Shown piece by piece: positions 6,645 through 16,619 of a stretch of DNA of 53,321 nucleotides (positions are counted from its first letter, which is position 1; each line of letters opens with the position of its first letter). Origin of the DNA: a virus (taxonomy: Duplodnaviria; Caudoviricetes); the IMG/VR virus record IMGVR_UViG_3300031463_000010, positions 1 to 53,321 of that record. One strand, given 5' to 3'. The position numbers were made by a program, and so were the translations under genes. The notes beneath the pieces are model-generated. The model did no database searches and was not told the origin of the DNA. It worked only from the letters and a program-made list of their open reading frames with translations.

Positions 6645-8981
6645 TCACTCCAACCTAAGCCCATGCATTGAACCCCAGGAACTGCCATACTCCGCCTCTG
6701 CCGACCACGGTATTTCCGGGTAAATGCGCTCCGCGGCCTTGACCAATGCGTTTTCAACGATCTTGGCTGCTTCTTCCTTCCTATCCTCTGGCACCTCCAC
6801 AACTATCGAGTCATGAACAAGTATAACCGGAAACGCCCCAATCTCCAACAGCGCGTCAAAGCAGTCTATAAACGCCTGTAGTGTAAGATCACTTGCCGCG
6901 CCCTGGATCGGGTAGTTTATTGCCCCCTTGCGTACCTCATCGCTGTTCCCAGAAAAGATGAATGGAAAGTGAAATCTCCTTCCAGCACGGGACTGCAAAT
7001 AGCCTTGTGTACGCGCACGCTCGTACTGCTCCGATCGCCACTCGACCGCACGCTTCAACACCTCATTGAAGCGTGCGACATACTGCTTCACCACACTACG
7101 CGGGACTTGAAACACTTGTGCGCTCGACTCCTCCGATCCACCATACAGCCATGAGAACACAAACCGCTTTGCATGCGACCGCTGCGTCTTGGTATATCCC
7201 TCACCAAACATTGCACGTGACACCTCACCATGCACATCCCCGCCGCGCTGGTACACGTCAATCAAGAATGGATCACCACTCTCACATGCAGCAACACGCA
7301 ACTCCCACTGTGACCCGTCCACCGCAACCAGGACATGCCCGGGGGGTGCGGTGAATAAATCACGCACCAACTTCCCATAAAATCCTTCTTCCTGCTCGTC
7401 TGCACGTGGTATGTTCTGGATGGATGGGTTCGCCGCGGACAACCTTCCTGTCACCGTCCCTGTCTGACGCCACTGCGGATGCACACGATACAAGCCGTCT
7501 GGTGTTGGGCGTGCCAACTCCATGAGCGGGTGCAGGTATGAGGCAAGCATCTTCTGCACGCGCCGATAGCGTAGCAGTGTGCGCACGAATGGATTTTCCT
7601 GATCCATCTGATTCAATACCGCAGCCGCGGTGCTGTTCTCTGAGAGCCCAGTGACGTGTTTCCTTGGCATCTTCAGCGTTTCATACAGGTAGTTGGCACA
7701 TTGCTGAGATGAGTTCGGGTTGAACGATGGTATGCCTGTTATCGCCTGCAGCTGCCTACACAGCATGGCTTGTTCGTCCTCAAATTGTTTTATGAGTTCC
7801 TTGAGCTTGGGCATGTCAACACACACACCGTGATGTTCCATGCGCGTAAGTCCAACCGCAACGCGTGGCAGGAAGTCAAAGACAAACCCGTCCCTGCCTT
7901 GCTTTCCAAGCACTGTACGGAGATGATCGTGTAGTAAGTAGGTGTAATAGAGGTCGCGGGACAAGTATTCCCCAATCTCCTGTTTGGATACGTCCGCCCA
8001 GCGTCCACGCACAATGACTCCCTTACTCCAGTCTGTGGCATCAAAGAAGAATGCGGATAACTCCTTCAAACCCAATGGGACGTGCTCGTTCCACGCATGC
8101 GCAAGTGGGAGTGTGTCCCATCCAAACGCTATGGGCACCCCATACCTTGCCAGGTGGACGAAGTCGAACTTCACGTTATGTCCACCTAACTTAGCTGCAT
8201 GCTTACGCACCATCCAAGCGATGTGTGGGATCATGTCCACGACACGCTCTTCAGGTATTACGTATGCATAGAACGCACGGCCATTGATCGGGACACCGAT
8301 TCCGACCATGATGATGCGTGCGGTGCTTGGGTCCAACGTGTCCGTCTCGATGTCGATCACGACGTACGGGGCGCGTGCAATGGCGTCGTATGGGAATTTC
8401 TTCGGATCGTCTAGCCACACCGTCCGCAGGTGCATCTTTGGCTCATACGGCGAACGCCGCGCCAGCTTTGCAATCCCTTGGAGGAACAACGGCGACTCGG
8501 ACATGCGCCGCAGGATGTAAGCAGGGTGCGGAAGCGCGATCATCCACGCGCTCAGCTCGGAGCTGTACATCCATACGAACTGATCATCCACGCCGAACGC
8601 GTCCGCGGCCTCACGCCCGAACAACGCTATGTAACGCCGCCCTGCGGAGATGCCGTTGCGCACGACGTTGAGCAGTGCATCACGACATGCGTTGCGCGCC
8701 AGCGGGACGTCCAGCGTCTTCGCGTCCGTCGGAAGGCACAGCACGGAGTTCGTCATGAGCACACTGTCCGGATCAATGCCCACACAACACATGGCTTGGC
8801 GCAGGAGGTTTCCGCTCTGACCGACAAACGGACGTCCTAACACGACCTCTGTGCGTCCAGGGGACTCGCCGACCACCAGGATGTCCGATGTGTTTGAATC
8901 CGGTGGTATATATGGCGGCACGAAGTCACGATTCTTCAACGGACATATTTCACATCTTGCCAATGGATATTTTGCTTCCAT
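6645..8981 (-). CDS. polA: Family A DNA polymerase with N-terminal family-4 uracil-DNA-glycosylase domain and 3'-5' exonuclease
   Basis: UDG motifs CEICPL, VGESPG..E...GRPFVGQSG and HPAYILR; Exo I DIET; polymerase motifs TGRLS, DGSQWELR, AKRFVFSWLYG and VHDS; GAGGAG RBS before ATG 8981. Confidence 0.93.
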   Translation of the reverse strand: MEAKYPLARCEICPLKNRDFVPPYIPPDSNTSDILVVGESPGRTEVVLGRPFVGQSGNLLRQAMCCVGIDPDSVLMTNSVLCLPTDAKTLDVPLARNACRDALLNVVRNGISAGRRYIALFGREAADAFGVDDQFVWMYSSELSAWMIALPHPAYILRRMSESPLFLQGIAKLARRSPYEPKMHLRTVWLDDPKKFPYDAIARAPYVVIDIETDTLDPSTARIIMVGIGVPINGRAFYAYVIPEERVVDMIPHIAWMVRKHAAKLGGHNVKFDFVHLARYGVPIAFGWDTLPLAHAWNEHVPLGLKELSAFFFDATDWSKGVIVRGRWADVSKQEIGEYLSRDLYYTYLLHDHLRTVLGKQGRDGFVFDFLPRVAVGLTRMEHHGVCVDMPKLKELIKQFEDEQAMLCRQLQAITGIPSFNPNSSQQCANYLYETLKMPRKHVTGLSENSTAAAVLNQMDQENPFVRTLLRYRRVQKMLASYLHPLMELARPTPDGLYRVHPQWRQTGTVTGRLSAANPSIQNIPRADEQEEGFYGKLVRDLFTAPPGHVLVAVDGSQWELRVAACESGDPFLIDVYQRGGDVHGEVSRAMFGEGYTKTQRSHAKRFVFSWLYGGSEESSAQVFQVPRSVVKQYVARFNEVLKRAVEWRSEQYERARTQGYLQSRAGRRFHFPFIFSGNSDEVRKGAINYPIQGAASDLTLQAFIDCFDALLEIGAFPVILVHDSIVVEVPEDRKEEAAKIVENALVKAAERIYPEIPWSAEAEYGSSWGSMHGLRLE

Positions 8982-11403
8982 CGGATGCTCCTCGGAATGT
9001 TGGTGCAGGTGCATTCAGTCCCATCTCCGACGCCTTGTCGACGTCGATTCCGTAGTAAATCCCGCCTTGGAAATTCATTGGTGGTAAGATGTACTGTCCA
9101 ATACGTTCCTCCAACTGTGACCTCAGGACGTTGATGTCGGGAAGCGAGCTGCGGAAACGACACAGCCAATGACGTGCTGCAGTAAGGCTAAACCAAAGCA
9201 CCCGATGGGCGCTGTCCCATATTGCTGCATTCATCGCCCAGCTCTCACCGCTGCGGAACGCATGCATGAACAACTCCACCAACTCGTCCGCAGACGTAAG
9301 CGACCCCAGGTTCTTGTTGAACGCGGTGGAATAACAGTGTTCAACATACATTTCCATGAACTGCTCAGGGTCGACCAAGAAATCAACACCCTCACGCTGT
9401 ATGAACATTGAGAACAGCTTCAACCCTACCAAGAGAATTGCCGCGCTGTGGGACATGCGCTCGAACTGGATATAACGCTGGGCGCTCAGAAGCGCAACGC
9501 GTACCATCGGCTTGATGTCGTCGACACCCAATTCAAGCGACCACCTTATGTAGTGCCACGCGAAACTGCGCAGCATGTGTTCCATATCCACCAGGCGGCG
9601 GAAGTTCTCACGAAACGTGTCGTTGTGCAGATCGCTCTGATTCAGGCGCACAGGGACACAGCGCTCCCGCAGCGCACTGTCTGCGAAGACACCTTCACAG
9701 TCCATAGCAACTGGCGCTTCCAAATGAAACGCCACGACCGAAAGATCGGCACGTCCACGAAGGTCATAGGTGTCATCGTACATACGCCGCAGTGTGGATT
9801 CCACCGCGTCAGCGTTTGGCGACGTCGGGCGGAACTCTGTCAACCACACCGGCGTGCTGCGTGACGCGGACAGTGTGGACAGCAGCGCGAACTGTGTCAC
9901 ATCGGCACTGATCGGATTGCCAGGCGCGCCGACGAGCGGCATGGCCAGGTGACGCAGTGTGGAGGTCTTTCCGCTGCCACGCTGACCATGGATAAGGAGT
10001 ATCGGGAAGCGCACACCACACATTTCCAATATCGTCTTGAACGGCGTCGCCAGCGTCCACCCCATCACCGGAAGCACCACGTGATCATGATTTATCCCCA
10101 TGATCACGCCGAGCATCTCGTGCAGGTCGAATGTGTCCCTATTCACCAGGTTTCCGATCAACGTCCCCAACGAGAAACGCGCGGCGCGATCCCAGAATAC
10201 CGACACCTTCGATCCCGTTGGATAGACGATCCAATCCTCTGGTGACAGAACGAAAAGCCGCGACCCGCCAATGTCATATCGCCCGGTGCTACGGCTCAAG
10301 AGCACACGCTGACGCGGGGCACAGCTGACCAGCGCCGACCAGTAAACCGTAGCGTCCTTGTCCGATCCAAGCCAGGCGCATGTGCGAATGCCGTATCGGC
10401 TCAGGAACGCGTTCACCGAACGCCGCGTTTCAAAGTCCTGTTGCGTCGCGGCCACCTCGCGCTTGCCCATAGACCATATGATCTCTAGCATCAGCCCAGC
10501 CTCATCACCATTGGCATCGTAGAGCACACCACGAGCCAGCGCTGCAAAGTTGGCCAGCAGCTGTGCATTCTTACTCCTACGCAAGTCCATTGGCGGGACA
10601 TCACGCTTCGGCGGAATCTCGTCGTCGGAATCCACTACATCGTCATCATCATCACTGACCTCCATGGACTCACCACTCATACGGATGGCTTTGTCCACCG
10701 TCACACTGATGTAGTGTTCACCTTCCTCAGACGCCTTGTCACTGATGAGCGGCATTACCATCTGGATGGTGTCTCTGGAGACCCCCCATGCGGAAAGACG
10801 CAGTGCGATCCGGAAGTCCCGCTCGCTGCGCGACAATCCTGCAGGTATCTGCCATATCCTGCGATCGTATTCACCGAGTCGGCGCAGATCGTCAATCGGA
10901 TACACCCGTTCCGGGTAAAACCCAATGACCTCTACAAGTCTTTGGGGGTTATACTTTGTGTTGTAGGTGTTGGGGACGCGCAGGATGCGCGAAGCATCCC
11001 ACGCGTTCCCGGGCTCACCTGCGTGGCGCGCGACGGCCTTGTTCGCCCCTTCGATGAGTTCAGATGACGGGGTGAACTCGGTCAGCATCCAGTAAAGGTG
11101 ATACCGCCCGTCGCCGCCGCTACTCACGATGATGGACGGTGGGAGCATGACCTTAGGAATGGAATCGCCCCCAACGTCGTAGTCTAACCATACAACGGAA
11201 GCCCCGATCACCGACGTGCGGTGTGCGTCGGGGGCACTGTGCACACCAGGGCTGAAGTACACATCACGGCTGCGTGCACCAGCTGGTGGATAGTCCAGCT
11301 GCAGCAGGTCGCGTACTGTGACAAACTCTGGACGGCGCAGTGCCCCAACACGCACGTAGCCGTCGAGGGGAGCACCACGAAAGACGGCCTCGAAGAAGTT
11401 CAT
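8950..11403 (-). CDS. Primase-helicase (RepB-like AEP primase plus P-loop helicase)
   Basis: VWLDYD, PSIIVSSGG..YHLYW, DASRILRVPNTYN and SRSERDF motifs; Walker A GQRGSGKT. Confidence 0.85.
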   Translation of the reverse strand: MNFFEAVFRGAPLDGYVRVGALRRPEFVTVRDLLQLDYPPAGARSRDVYFSPGVHSAPDAHRTSVIGASVVWLDYDVGGDSIPKVMLPPSIIVSSGGDGRYHLYWMLTEFTPSSELIEGANKAVARHAGEPGNAWDASRILRVPNTYNTKYNPQRLVEVIGFYPERVYPIDDLRRLGEYDRRIWQIPAGLSRSERDFRIALRLSAWGVSRDTIQMVMPLISDKASEEGEHYISVTVDKAIRMSGESMEVSDDDDDVVDSDDEIPPKRDVPPMDLRRSKNAQLLANFAALARGVLYDANGDEAGLMLEIIWSMGKREVAATQQDFETRRSVNAFLSRYGIRTCAWLGSDKDATVYWSALVSCAPRQRVLLSRSTGRYDIGGSRLFVLSPEDWIVYPTGSKVSVFWDRAARFSLGTLIGNLVNRDTFDLHEMLGVIMGINHDHVVLPVMGWTLATPFKTILEMCGVRFPILLIHGQRGSGKTSTLRHLAMPLVGAPGNPISADVTQFALLSTLSASRSTPVWLTEFRPTSPNADAVESTLRRMYDDTYDLRGRADLSVVAFHLEAPVAMDCEGVFADSALRERCVPVRLNQSDLHNDTFRENFRRLVDMEHMLRSFAWHYIRWSLELGVDDIKPMVRVALLSAQRYIQFERMSHSAAILLVGLKLFSMFIQREGVDFLVDPEQFMEMYVEHCYSTAFNKNLGSLTSADELVELFMHAFRSGESWAMNAAIWDSAHRVLWFSLTAARHWLCRFRSSLPDINVLRSQLEERIGQYILPPMNFQGGIYYGIDVDKASEMGLNAPAPTFRGASDGSKISIGKM

Positions 11404-11408
11404 ATTAC

Positions 11409-11798
11409 CTACCCTACCAGGTAGTTTCGAACTCGCACACGTTTACCGAACTGCGGACTGTCCTCAACCTCAGTCTGAACCCACAACTCACCCCCAACAA
11501 TATCTGCCGTCGAGACACCGTCGTACGGCAGTCCAAGCGCGTCGAACATTGACTTCGTGCGACCGACGCCAGGCCCACTCAGCATCAGGTTGTCATAAAT
11601 GACAGCGCCTGCGTATTCCTCCGGCTCAACGATTACCATCGAGATGGAGAGCATTGGATTGCCAGAGGACTTGGCTGACACTCGCTTCGCTGATGCAACG
11701 CGCACGAAGTACCGCCCAGCAGGCGGAATCTCCAGGCTTGTCAAGTCTAGGCTGATGACGTCATCAGCATGCTCAACAGTTACGTTATTCGGAATCAT
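11409..11798 (-). CDS. DUF669-like single-stranded DNA-binding protein
   Basis: PPAGRYFVRV...AKSSGNPMLSI...IYDNL pattern; adjacent to a Sak4-like ATPase. Confidence 0.7.
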   Translation of the reverse strand: MIPNNVTVEHADDVISLDLTSLEIPPAGRYFVRVASAKRVSAKSSGNPMLSISMVIVEPEEYAGAVIYDNLMLSGPGVGRTKSMFDALGLPYDGVSTADIVGGELWVQTEVEDSPQFGKRVRVRNYLVG

Positions 11799-12595
11799 TT
11801 TTCACTCCTCCTTAACAGTTTTGTTGCTGTTGGATCCACTATTTCCCTTGGAATCTCCGGGTCATACTGATTCTTTGCATAGTATCGCCCACCACTTTCG
11901 GTAAACAGGACCGAGGCCGTCCTGCGTGTGCCCGTATCCTCGGATGAGGCCACCGATCCATCCGGAAGACGCACGCGGCGCACAAGCCTTCCTACAATGT
12001 TCATATAAGCGGGGATGTGCACCTGTGCCGCGCCTTGGATCATCGGAACGTACGATGAGATAGAGTCCGTCTCATTGGTGATCAGTCGCTCCTGTGCCGT
12101 GACCACCACGTGTAACGGCAGCTGCACAAGCACAGACACCAATGACAGCATCCGAGACAATATCAAGTTCCAGTCCGCCAGCCGCGTTATCGGTGACTGC
12201 GTCAGGTCTATCGGACCAGAAGAGCCTACATCGTACGGAAGACCGGCAACCTCATACACAATAATGCGTTGCAGCTCGGTAATGGTATCCACAACCACCG
12301 TTTTGAAGTTCACGTCCGGTGGTATGTCGTAGCGCTTGCGGAATGAGTGATCAGGCTTCGGCGCGCGCAGAAAGTTGATCACCTCACTGACATCTGAGAA
12401 CGATGTGACGTCGAACACTATCGGCGGCGGATTATTGTCCCGCAGTGTGATTGGATTGCCCGCCGCGTTCAGGATCAACGTGCGCGCCGTGCGCTCGTCC
12501 TGGTCGAACGTGCCACACAGTCGCGTCTTCCCCACACCGCTTGCGCCGTAAACCAGAAGCTTTATGTAAGCTGCTTCAAAGTTGTGTCGTTTCAT
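11795..12595 (-). CDS. Sak4-like (AAA_24) ATPase/recombinase
   Basis: LLVYGASGVGKT, TVVVDTITELQ, VVVTAQE and YYAKN motifs. Confidence 0.85.
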   Translation of the reverse strand: MKRHNFEAAYIKLLVYGASGVGKTRLCGTFDQDERTARTLILNAAGNPITLRDNNPPPIVFDVTSFSDVSEVINFLRAPKPDHSFRKRYDIPPDVNFKTVVVDTITELQRIIVYEVAGLPYDVGSSGPIDLTQSPITRLADWNLILSRMLSLVSVLVQLPLHVVVTAQERLITNETDSISSYVPMIQGAAQVHIPAYMNIVGRLVRRVRLPDGSVASSEDTGTRRTASVLFTESGGRYYAKNQYDPEIPREIVDPTATKLLRRSEK

Positions 12596-12795
12596 AGTAC
12601 CTCCTCCAAATCATCTAACGATTCCCGCAGCGCGTGGATGCGCTTGCGGAACGCCTCACACTCACTACCAGATGGTATCCCGCAGTCCTCGTAGAGGCGC
12701 TCCAGGAGACCAAACTGTCGTCGCACAGCTGCAAACAACTGATTAAAACCTACAACAATGGTAACCTCATCTGCAGGCTTCCCGCGCTTGTACAT
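12592..12795 (-). CDS. Hypothetical protein
   Basis: GGAGG RBS; ATGA overlap with the downstream gene. Confidence 0.55.
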   Translation of the reverse strand: MYKRGKPADEVTIVVGFNQLFAAVRRQFGLLERLYEDCGIPSGSECEAFRKRIHALRESLDDLEEVL

Positions 12796-13862
12796 TCATC
12801 CTCCCCATTTCTATGCTTCATGGTGCTTTCAAGTATCTCCATGTAGTCCACGCCCTCATCCGCTGCGAGACATGCATCTCGCGCCGGACAGTTAGGACAC
12901 TTATAGCGGTCCTTGTACGGCATGGGCAACACCCCGTCCCGTGCACGCCGTGCAGTATACAGCATGTTATGTGCCTCGGTCATGAACTGGTGGAACGTGC
13001 TCTCCACGACACGCTTGCTAACCAACATCTCCTCGCGGTGGAAGAACATACTGTCTCCCGCCTGTGAGAGGTATTCCAACTCCCCAGCGTACAGCTCTAG
13101 TGCAGACTCCTCAGGTATCCCCAACTCGCCAGCACAACGAATGATTGTCTCGCGGTACGCCTGCAGCGTCGTCTGGACGGTGCTACGGACAGCACGGCTG
13201 GGCATGCCATTGCGCAGCAAGGGAATGTCATACGGATCGGTGGTGCTGATGATATTGTAAATCACGCCGTGCACCGGTCGATCAAAAACCTTCTCCGCAG
13301 CCCACGCGTAAATGTACGGCTGAACATCCCATGTGATCCCATGGACGGCACGTGGAACGTTCTTCGTAGTCTTGTGTTCCATAATGTACAAGCCGCCCGT
13401 GCTGCGCCGCACCGCAAGTCCATCCCACGTCCCCGCGACCACGACATCGTATTCCTCCAAGGGGATGTGGAACGTCACTTCGGTGTGGATGACATCAAGG
13501 TCGTCATCAGCACCGCTACGTGCAAGCCAGCTATGATAATTGTTCAACAGCCGTTTGGCAACAAGACACAACTGGTTGTGGTTTTGTTTCTCTTCCTCCA
13601 ACATGCTCGGGCCATACCGATCCAAGTCCTCCTTTACTGCGATGTCGAGCGCGTCGGAAAGTGGTGTGCCGGTGAGGTAGTACAACTCCAGTGCACGGTG
13701 CACCAACGTCCCTAACACAATCCAGTCCGGGCGCTCGCGCGGCTCGAAACCAAGCCCCATGTGCTCGTCCGTCCAATACCACCTGCGTGGACACGAACGG
13801 TATGCGTTGACGCCCGACACATGTACCTGTCTATGTAGCGGCAAAACAATTTTCTTTTCCAT
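12750..13862 (-). CDS. PD-(D/E)xK exonuclease, Cas4/AddB-like with 4 Cys
   Basis: CPRRW, GTLVHRALE, WDGLA..MEHKTT, QPYIY and CPNCPARDAC motifs; TGATG coupling at 13862. Confidence 0.85.
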   Translation of the reverse strand: MEKKIVLPLHRQVHVSGVNAYRSCPRRWYWTDEHMGLGFEPRERPDWIVLGTLVHRALELYYLTGTPLSDALDIAVKEDLDRYGPSMLEEEKQNHNQLCLVAKRLLNNYHSWLARSGADDDLDVIHTEVTFHIPLEEYDVVVAGTWDGLAVRRSTGGLYIMEHKTTKNVPRAVHGITWDVQPYIYAWAAEKVFDRPVHGVIYNIISTTDPYDIPLLRNGMPSRAVRSTVQTTLQAYRETIIRCAGELGIPEESALELYAGELEYLSQAGDSMFFHREEMLVSKRVVESTFHQFMTEAHNMLYTARRARDGVLPMPYKDRYKCPNCPARDACLAADEGVDYMEILESTMKHRNGEDECTSAGSLQMRLPLL

Positions 13863-14092
13863 CAGTACGGAGCCTCCCAACACGGTGGATCTCCTGGCAG
13901 CCCTAACTCAACAAAGATCGTATCCGGTGTTGGTGCAATGAAATCGCCATACAACGCTGCCTTCATCCCCCATTCCACACCGTTCCAACGCTCATAGAAG
14001 CATGCCCCGCACATGCACCTACGCACGAACTGTTGGAAGAGTGGGATTAGGACGATCAAGGCCACCACAATCAAGAATTTTCTTCCAGACAT
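13862..14092 (-). CDS. Small membrane-anchored hypothetical protein
   Basis: AAGGAGG RBS; hydrophobic N-terminus FLIVVALIVLIPLF. Confidence 0.55.
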   Translation of the reverse strand: MSGRKFLIVVALIVLIPLFQQFVRRCMCGACFYERWNGVEWGMKAALYGDFIAPTPDTIFVELGLPGDPPCWEAPY

Positions 14093-15417
14093 TGTACGAC
14101 CTCCTTTTCATCTCCATATTTAATGAGTGCTCCTGGACAGCGTTTGCGCAACCATCGCAGCACCGCAAACACGTGATCCTCTTTCCTCTTTATCACATTG
14201 AACATATGCCGATCCACCGTACCTACACACTCCAACTCAATAACGTGCACCCGACGCTTTTGTCCTTGGCGATGGACACGACCGATCGCCTGCTCATGTT
14301 CAAGCCGCGAATACGTTGAATCCCATAAGATCAACGTGTGCAGGTGCTGGAGATTATGCCCATGGGACAGTCTCGCGTACGTCCCTACGACAAACTGATC
14401 CACGTCACTACGCCCGGATTGTTGTAATGCCGCCTTTATCGCGTCCACAGTGGCATTGTACCTTGACATGATGACCGCAGGTGCGCCACCGTTGTCAAGG
14501 TAATCGCGAAACCACAGCATCTTGGCGCTTTCGATACCATCCTCCTGTGGATGGCTAGCACAGCGATGGAGATGTGTGAACCGCGCCACGGCGTTGGTGA
14601 TGAAGACCTGGTACACCTCACCGTCCATCCCTTCCAACTCTACAACCGCACTGTCCTCAAGCCGCTGGTACAGTGCCTGCTGCTTCGGTGGCATCTCCAA
14701 CGGGATGCGTTGTACCAGCGGCTCTTCTGGCATTGGGATGCTTACGTCCTCATGGCGGCGTACCAACAGGTAAGACTCAATCGCCTTGCGGAACGCTATC
14801 GGATTCAACAGCTCACCCACACGCCACGCACCCCACTGGTCAACATATACATCGAACCACATGCGCAGGAATGCCCACTTGGATGTGAACGAGCGTGGAG
14901 CTATCCAATGCAACAGCCCCCACAGGTCGGCAGGACGATCTGCAATGGGCGTTCCGGTGAGTCCCCAGCGGTAGTCGCTGCTCAGCGAGGATATCCCTTT
15001 GGTGCGTTGGGAACGCTTTGCAATGTTGTGTACCTCATCCACTATGACGACCGTCCAGTACTGCTGCTTGAACCAATCACGCACCCTTGAACGGTCATTG
15101 AACTGCTCATAGTGCCCGATAACCCAACGCACCGTAGGCTCTTTGGCAATGATTTCCGGTGTGTCACGCACACCAGAAATCTCCCGAACCGACACGCCAT
15201 GGACGTTGTTTTCCTCCATGACGCGGACGATCTCATCAACCCACCAACGCTTCAACACCTTCGGGCAAATCACTAGGATGTGCCGCCGTGACGACTTCAA
15301 CCACAGCGCGGCGGTTATTGCCTGCCGCGTCTTCCCAAGACCGACAGCATCACCTAGGATCGCACCACGGCGCGTGATTAGGAACTGCGCGCCTTCCTCT
15401 TGGTAATCCCAGAGCAT
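14071..15417 (-). CDS. SNF2-family helicase
   Basis: LWDYQ, DAVGLGKT, DEVH, LTGTP, GHNLQ and QAIGRVHRQGQ motifs. Confidence 0.92.
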   Translation of the reverse strand: MLWDYQEEGAQFLITRRGAILGDAVGLGKTRQAITAALWLKSSRRHILVICPKVLKRWWVDEIVRVMEENNVHGVSVREISGVRDTPEIIAKEPTVRWVIGHYEQFNDRSRVRDWFKQQYWTVVIVDEVHNIAKRSQRTKGISSLSSDYRWGLTGTPIADRPADLWGLLHWIAPRSFTSKWAFLRMWFDVYVDQWGAWRVGELLNPIAFRKAIESYLLVRRHEDVSIPMPEEPLVQRIPLEMPPKQQALYQRLEDSAVVELEGMDGEVYQVFITNAVARFTHLHRCASHPQEDGIESAKMLWFRDYLDNGGAPAVIMSRYNATVDAIKAALQQSGRSDVDQFVVGTYARLSHGHNLQHLHTLILWDSTYSRLEHEQAIGRVHRQGQKRRVHVIELECVGTVDRHMFNVIKRKEDHVFAVLRWLRKRCPGALIKYGDEKEVVQCLEENS

Positions 15418-15857
15418 GCCTCAAGCCTCCTCACCAATATATACGCGTGCCGCAGCGCAGCACGACAATGTTCATTTGCGGGAATGTGTGACACATGCTC
15501 ATCGAGCTCACGTGATGAGACCTGTGCCTGTACCGCGGGGTCTTGGAAGGCCAGGCGGTCTCCCACCGCCTCACGGAGCATTCCAATGACCTCAACTGCG
15601 GGGAATGTGCTGCCCATTTGGTGCGTCGGAGCGTACAGGCGGAAGCGCTCTACCAGGACACCGTCCGCAGCACAGGCCAGCCTGCGCAACAGCTTGGCCT
15701 CCTGCGGCCAACTCATCATGTAGAAGCGCATACGAAGTTTGGATCGGTGAACATGCATCGTTACAATACCACAACTCGCCCCAGGATCAATCACCACTAC
15801 TGACCTGTCACCAATCCATACGTCGCTCCGCCAATACGCTCCGCCGTAACACCGCAT
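15378..15857 (-). CDS. RuvC-like Holliday junction resolvase-fold protein
   Basis: VIDPGASCG, VLVERF and EHCRAALRHAY motifs; start uncertain. Confidence 0.6.
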   Translation of the reverse strand: MRCYGGAYWRSDVWIGDRSVVVIDPGASCGIVTMHVHRSKLRMRFYMMSWPQEAKLLRRLACAADGVLVERFRLYAPTHQMGSTFPAVEVIGMLREAVGDRLAFQDPAVQAQVSSRELDEHVSHIPANEHCRAALRHAYILVRRLEACSGITKRKARSS

Positions 15858-15909
15858 CAGTTTTGTATCACCTCCAATTATAGCGTAGCACACCAAGATT
15901 AAAAATGCA

Positions 15910-16365
15910 TTAAGGGAAGATTAAAGTTCGCTCCAAAACCGCTGTTGGATACAAAAATCGCCGCTCGCTGATCATCTGGATGATGGCATCGTCGTTACAT
16001 CGCCCACGCAGATACCGATAGCATTGGGGAAGCCAGCTGCCATCGAATGCAGCGTCGAGCGCGACAGAAAGGTTCTGCATGTCTACGACGATCATTGCAC
16101 ACCGTCCTGTACATCCCAACCCCTTCGGAAGCCCTCCCAACTCTTGCAGCTCTGGGAGGACAATCTCCGGCCACCCAGCCTTGCGGAATAGTGGGATGGA
16201 GCGCACAAGCCGTTCATACTCATGGCGTTCAATCATGTACGACGGCGAACCCCACAACAACTTGTGCAGCTCCCGGAACGGTATGCGCTCGCTGGGGTAG
16301 GCAAGCTGTAACAGGTAATTGTGAATGTCCAGCGCAACTCGTACGTGCACGTGTAGCTTGGCCAT
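15910..16365 (-). CDS. Hypothetical protein
   Basis: Fills the operon gap 2 nt after the upstream stop codon. Confidence 0.6.
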   Translation of the reverse strand: MAKLHVHVRVALDIHNYLLQLAYPSERIPFRELHKLLWGSPSYMIERHEYERLVRSIPLFRKAGWPEIVLPELQELGGLPKGLGCTGRCAMIVVDMQNLSVALDAAFDGSWLPQCYRYLRGRCNDDAIIQMISERRFLYPTAVLERTLIFP

Positions 16366-16367
16366 AT

Positions 16368-16619
16368 CTACACCATCACCGCGTCAAGACAGTCCAGGCA
16401 AACAGCTGCAGACCTTTTGTTCCGCGCAGCCCATGTACCTTTGGGGATAACCGTCCCGCAGTTCATGCATGGTGCGTCGCTGCGCAGCTTCGCCGCATGC
16501 CAGTGCCCTCCCGCGCGCGCCACGAATGCGAGCAGCTTTTCCGGCGCAGCGCTTTCGTCGCTAAATACTTTGTATAGGCGCTGACCATCCCACATGTAGC
16601 CATCAGGAAGTCCGTCCAT
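16368..16619 (-). CDS. Small zinc-finger protein
   Basis: CMNC...CLDC; GGAGG RBS. Confidence 0.65.
   Translation of the reverse strand: MDGLPDGYMWDGQRLYKVFSDESAAPEKLLAFVARAGGHWHAAKLRSDAPCMNCGTVIPKGTWAARNKRSAAVCLDCLDAVMV

Noticed and set aside
6401-6802. ORFs 6401..6658 (+), 6462..6671 (+) and 6443..6802 (-) as repeat proteins
   Set aside because: Their 12-aa periodicity (GSH/GFH, MRA) follows from the 36-nt unit; they have no good RBS, overlap polA, and the indels in units 3-4 disturb the pattern.
12750-13862. Cas4 as part of a CRISPR or array spacer-acquisition module
   Set aside because: It sits in the common phage exonuclease-Sak4-SSB recombination cluster; nothing links it to the array.
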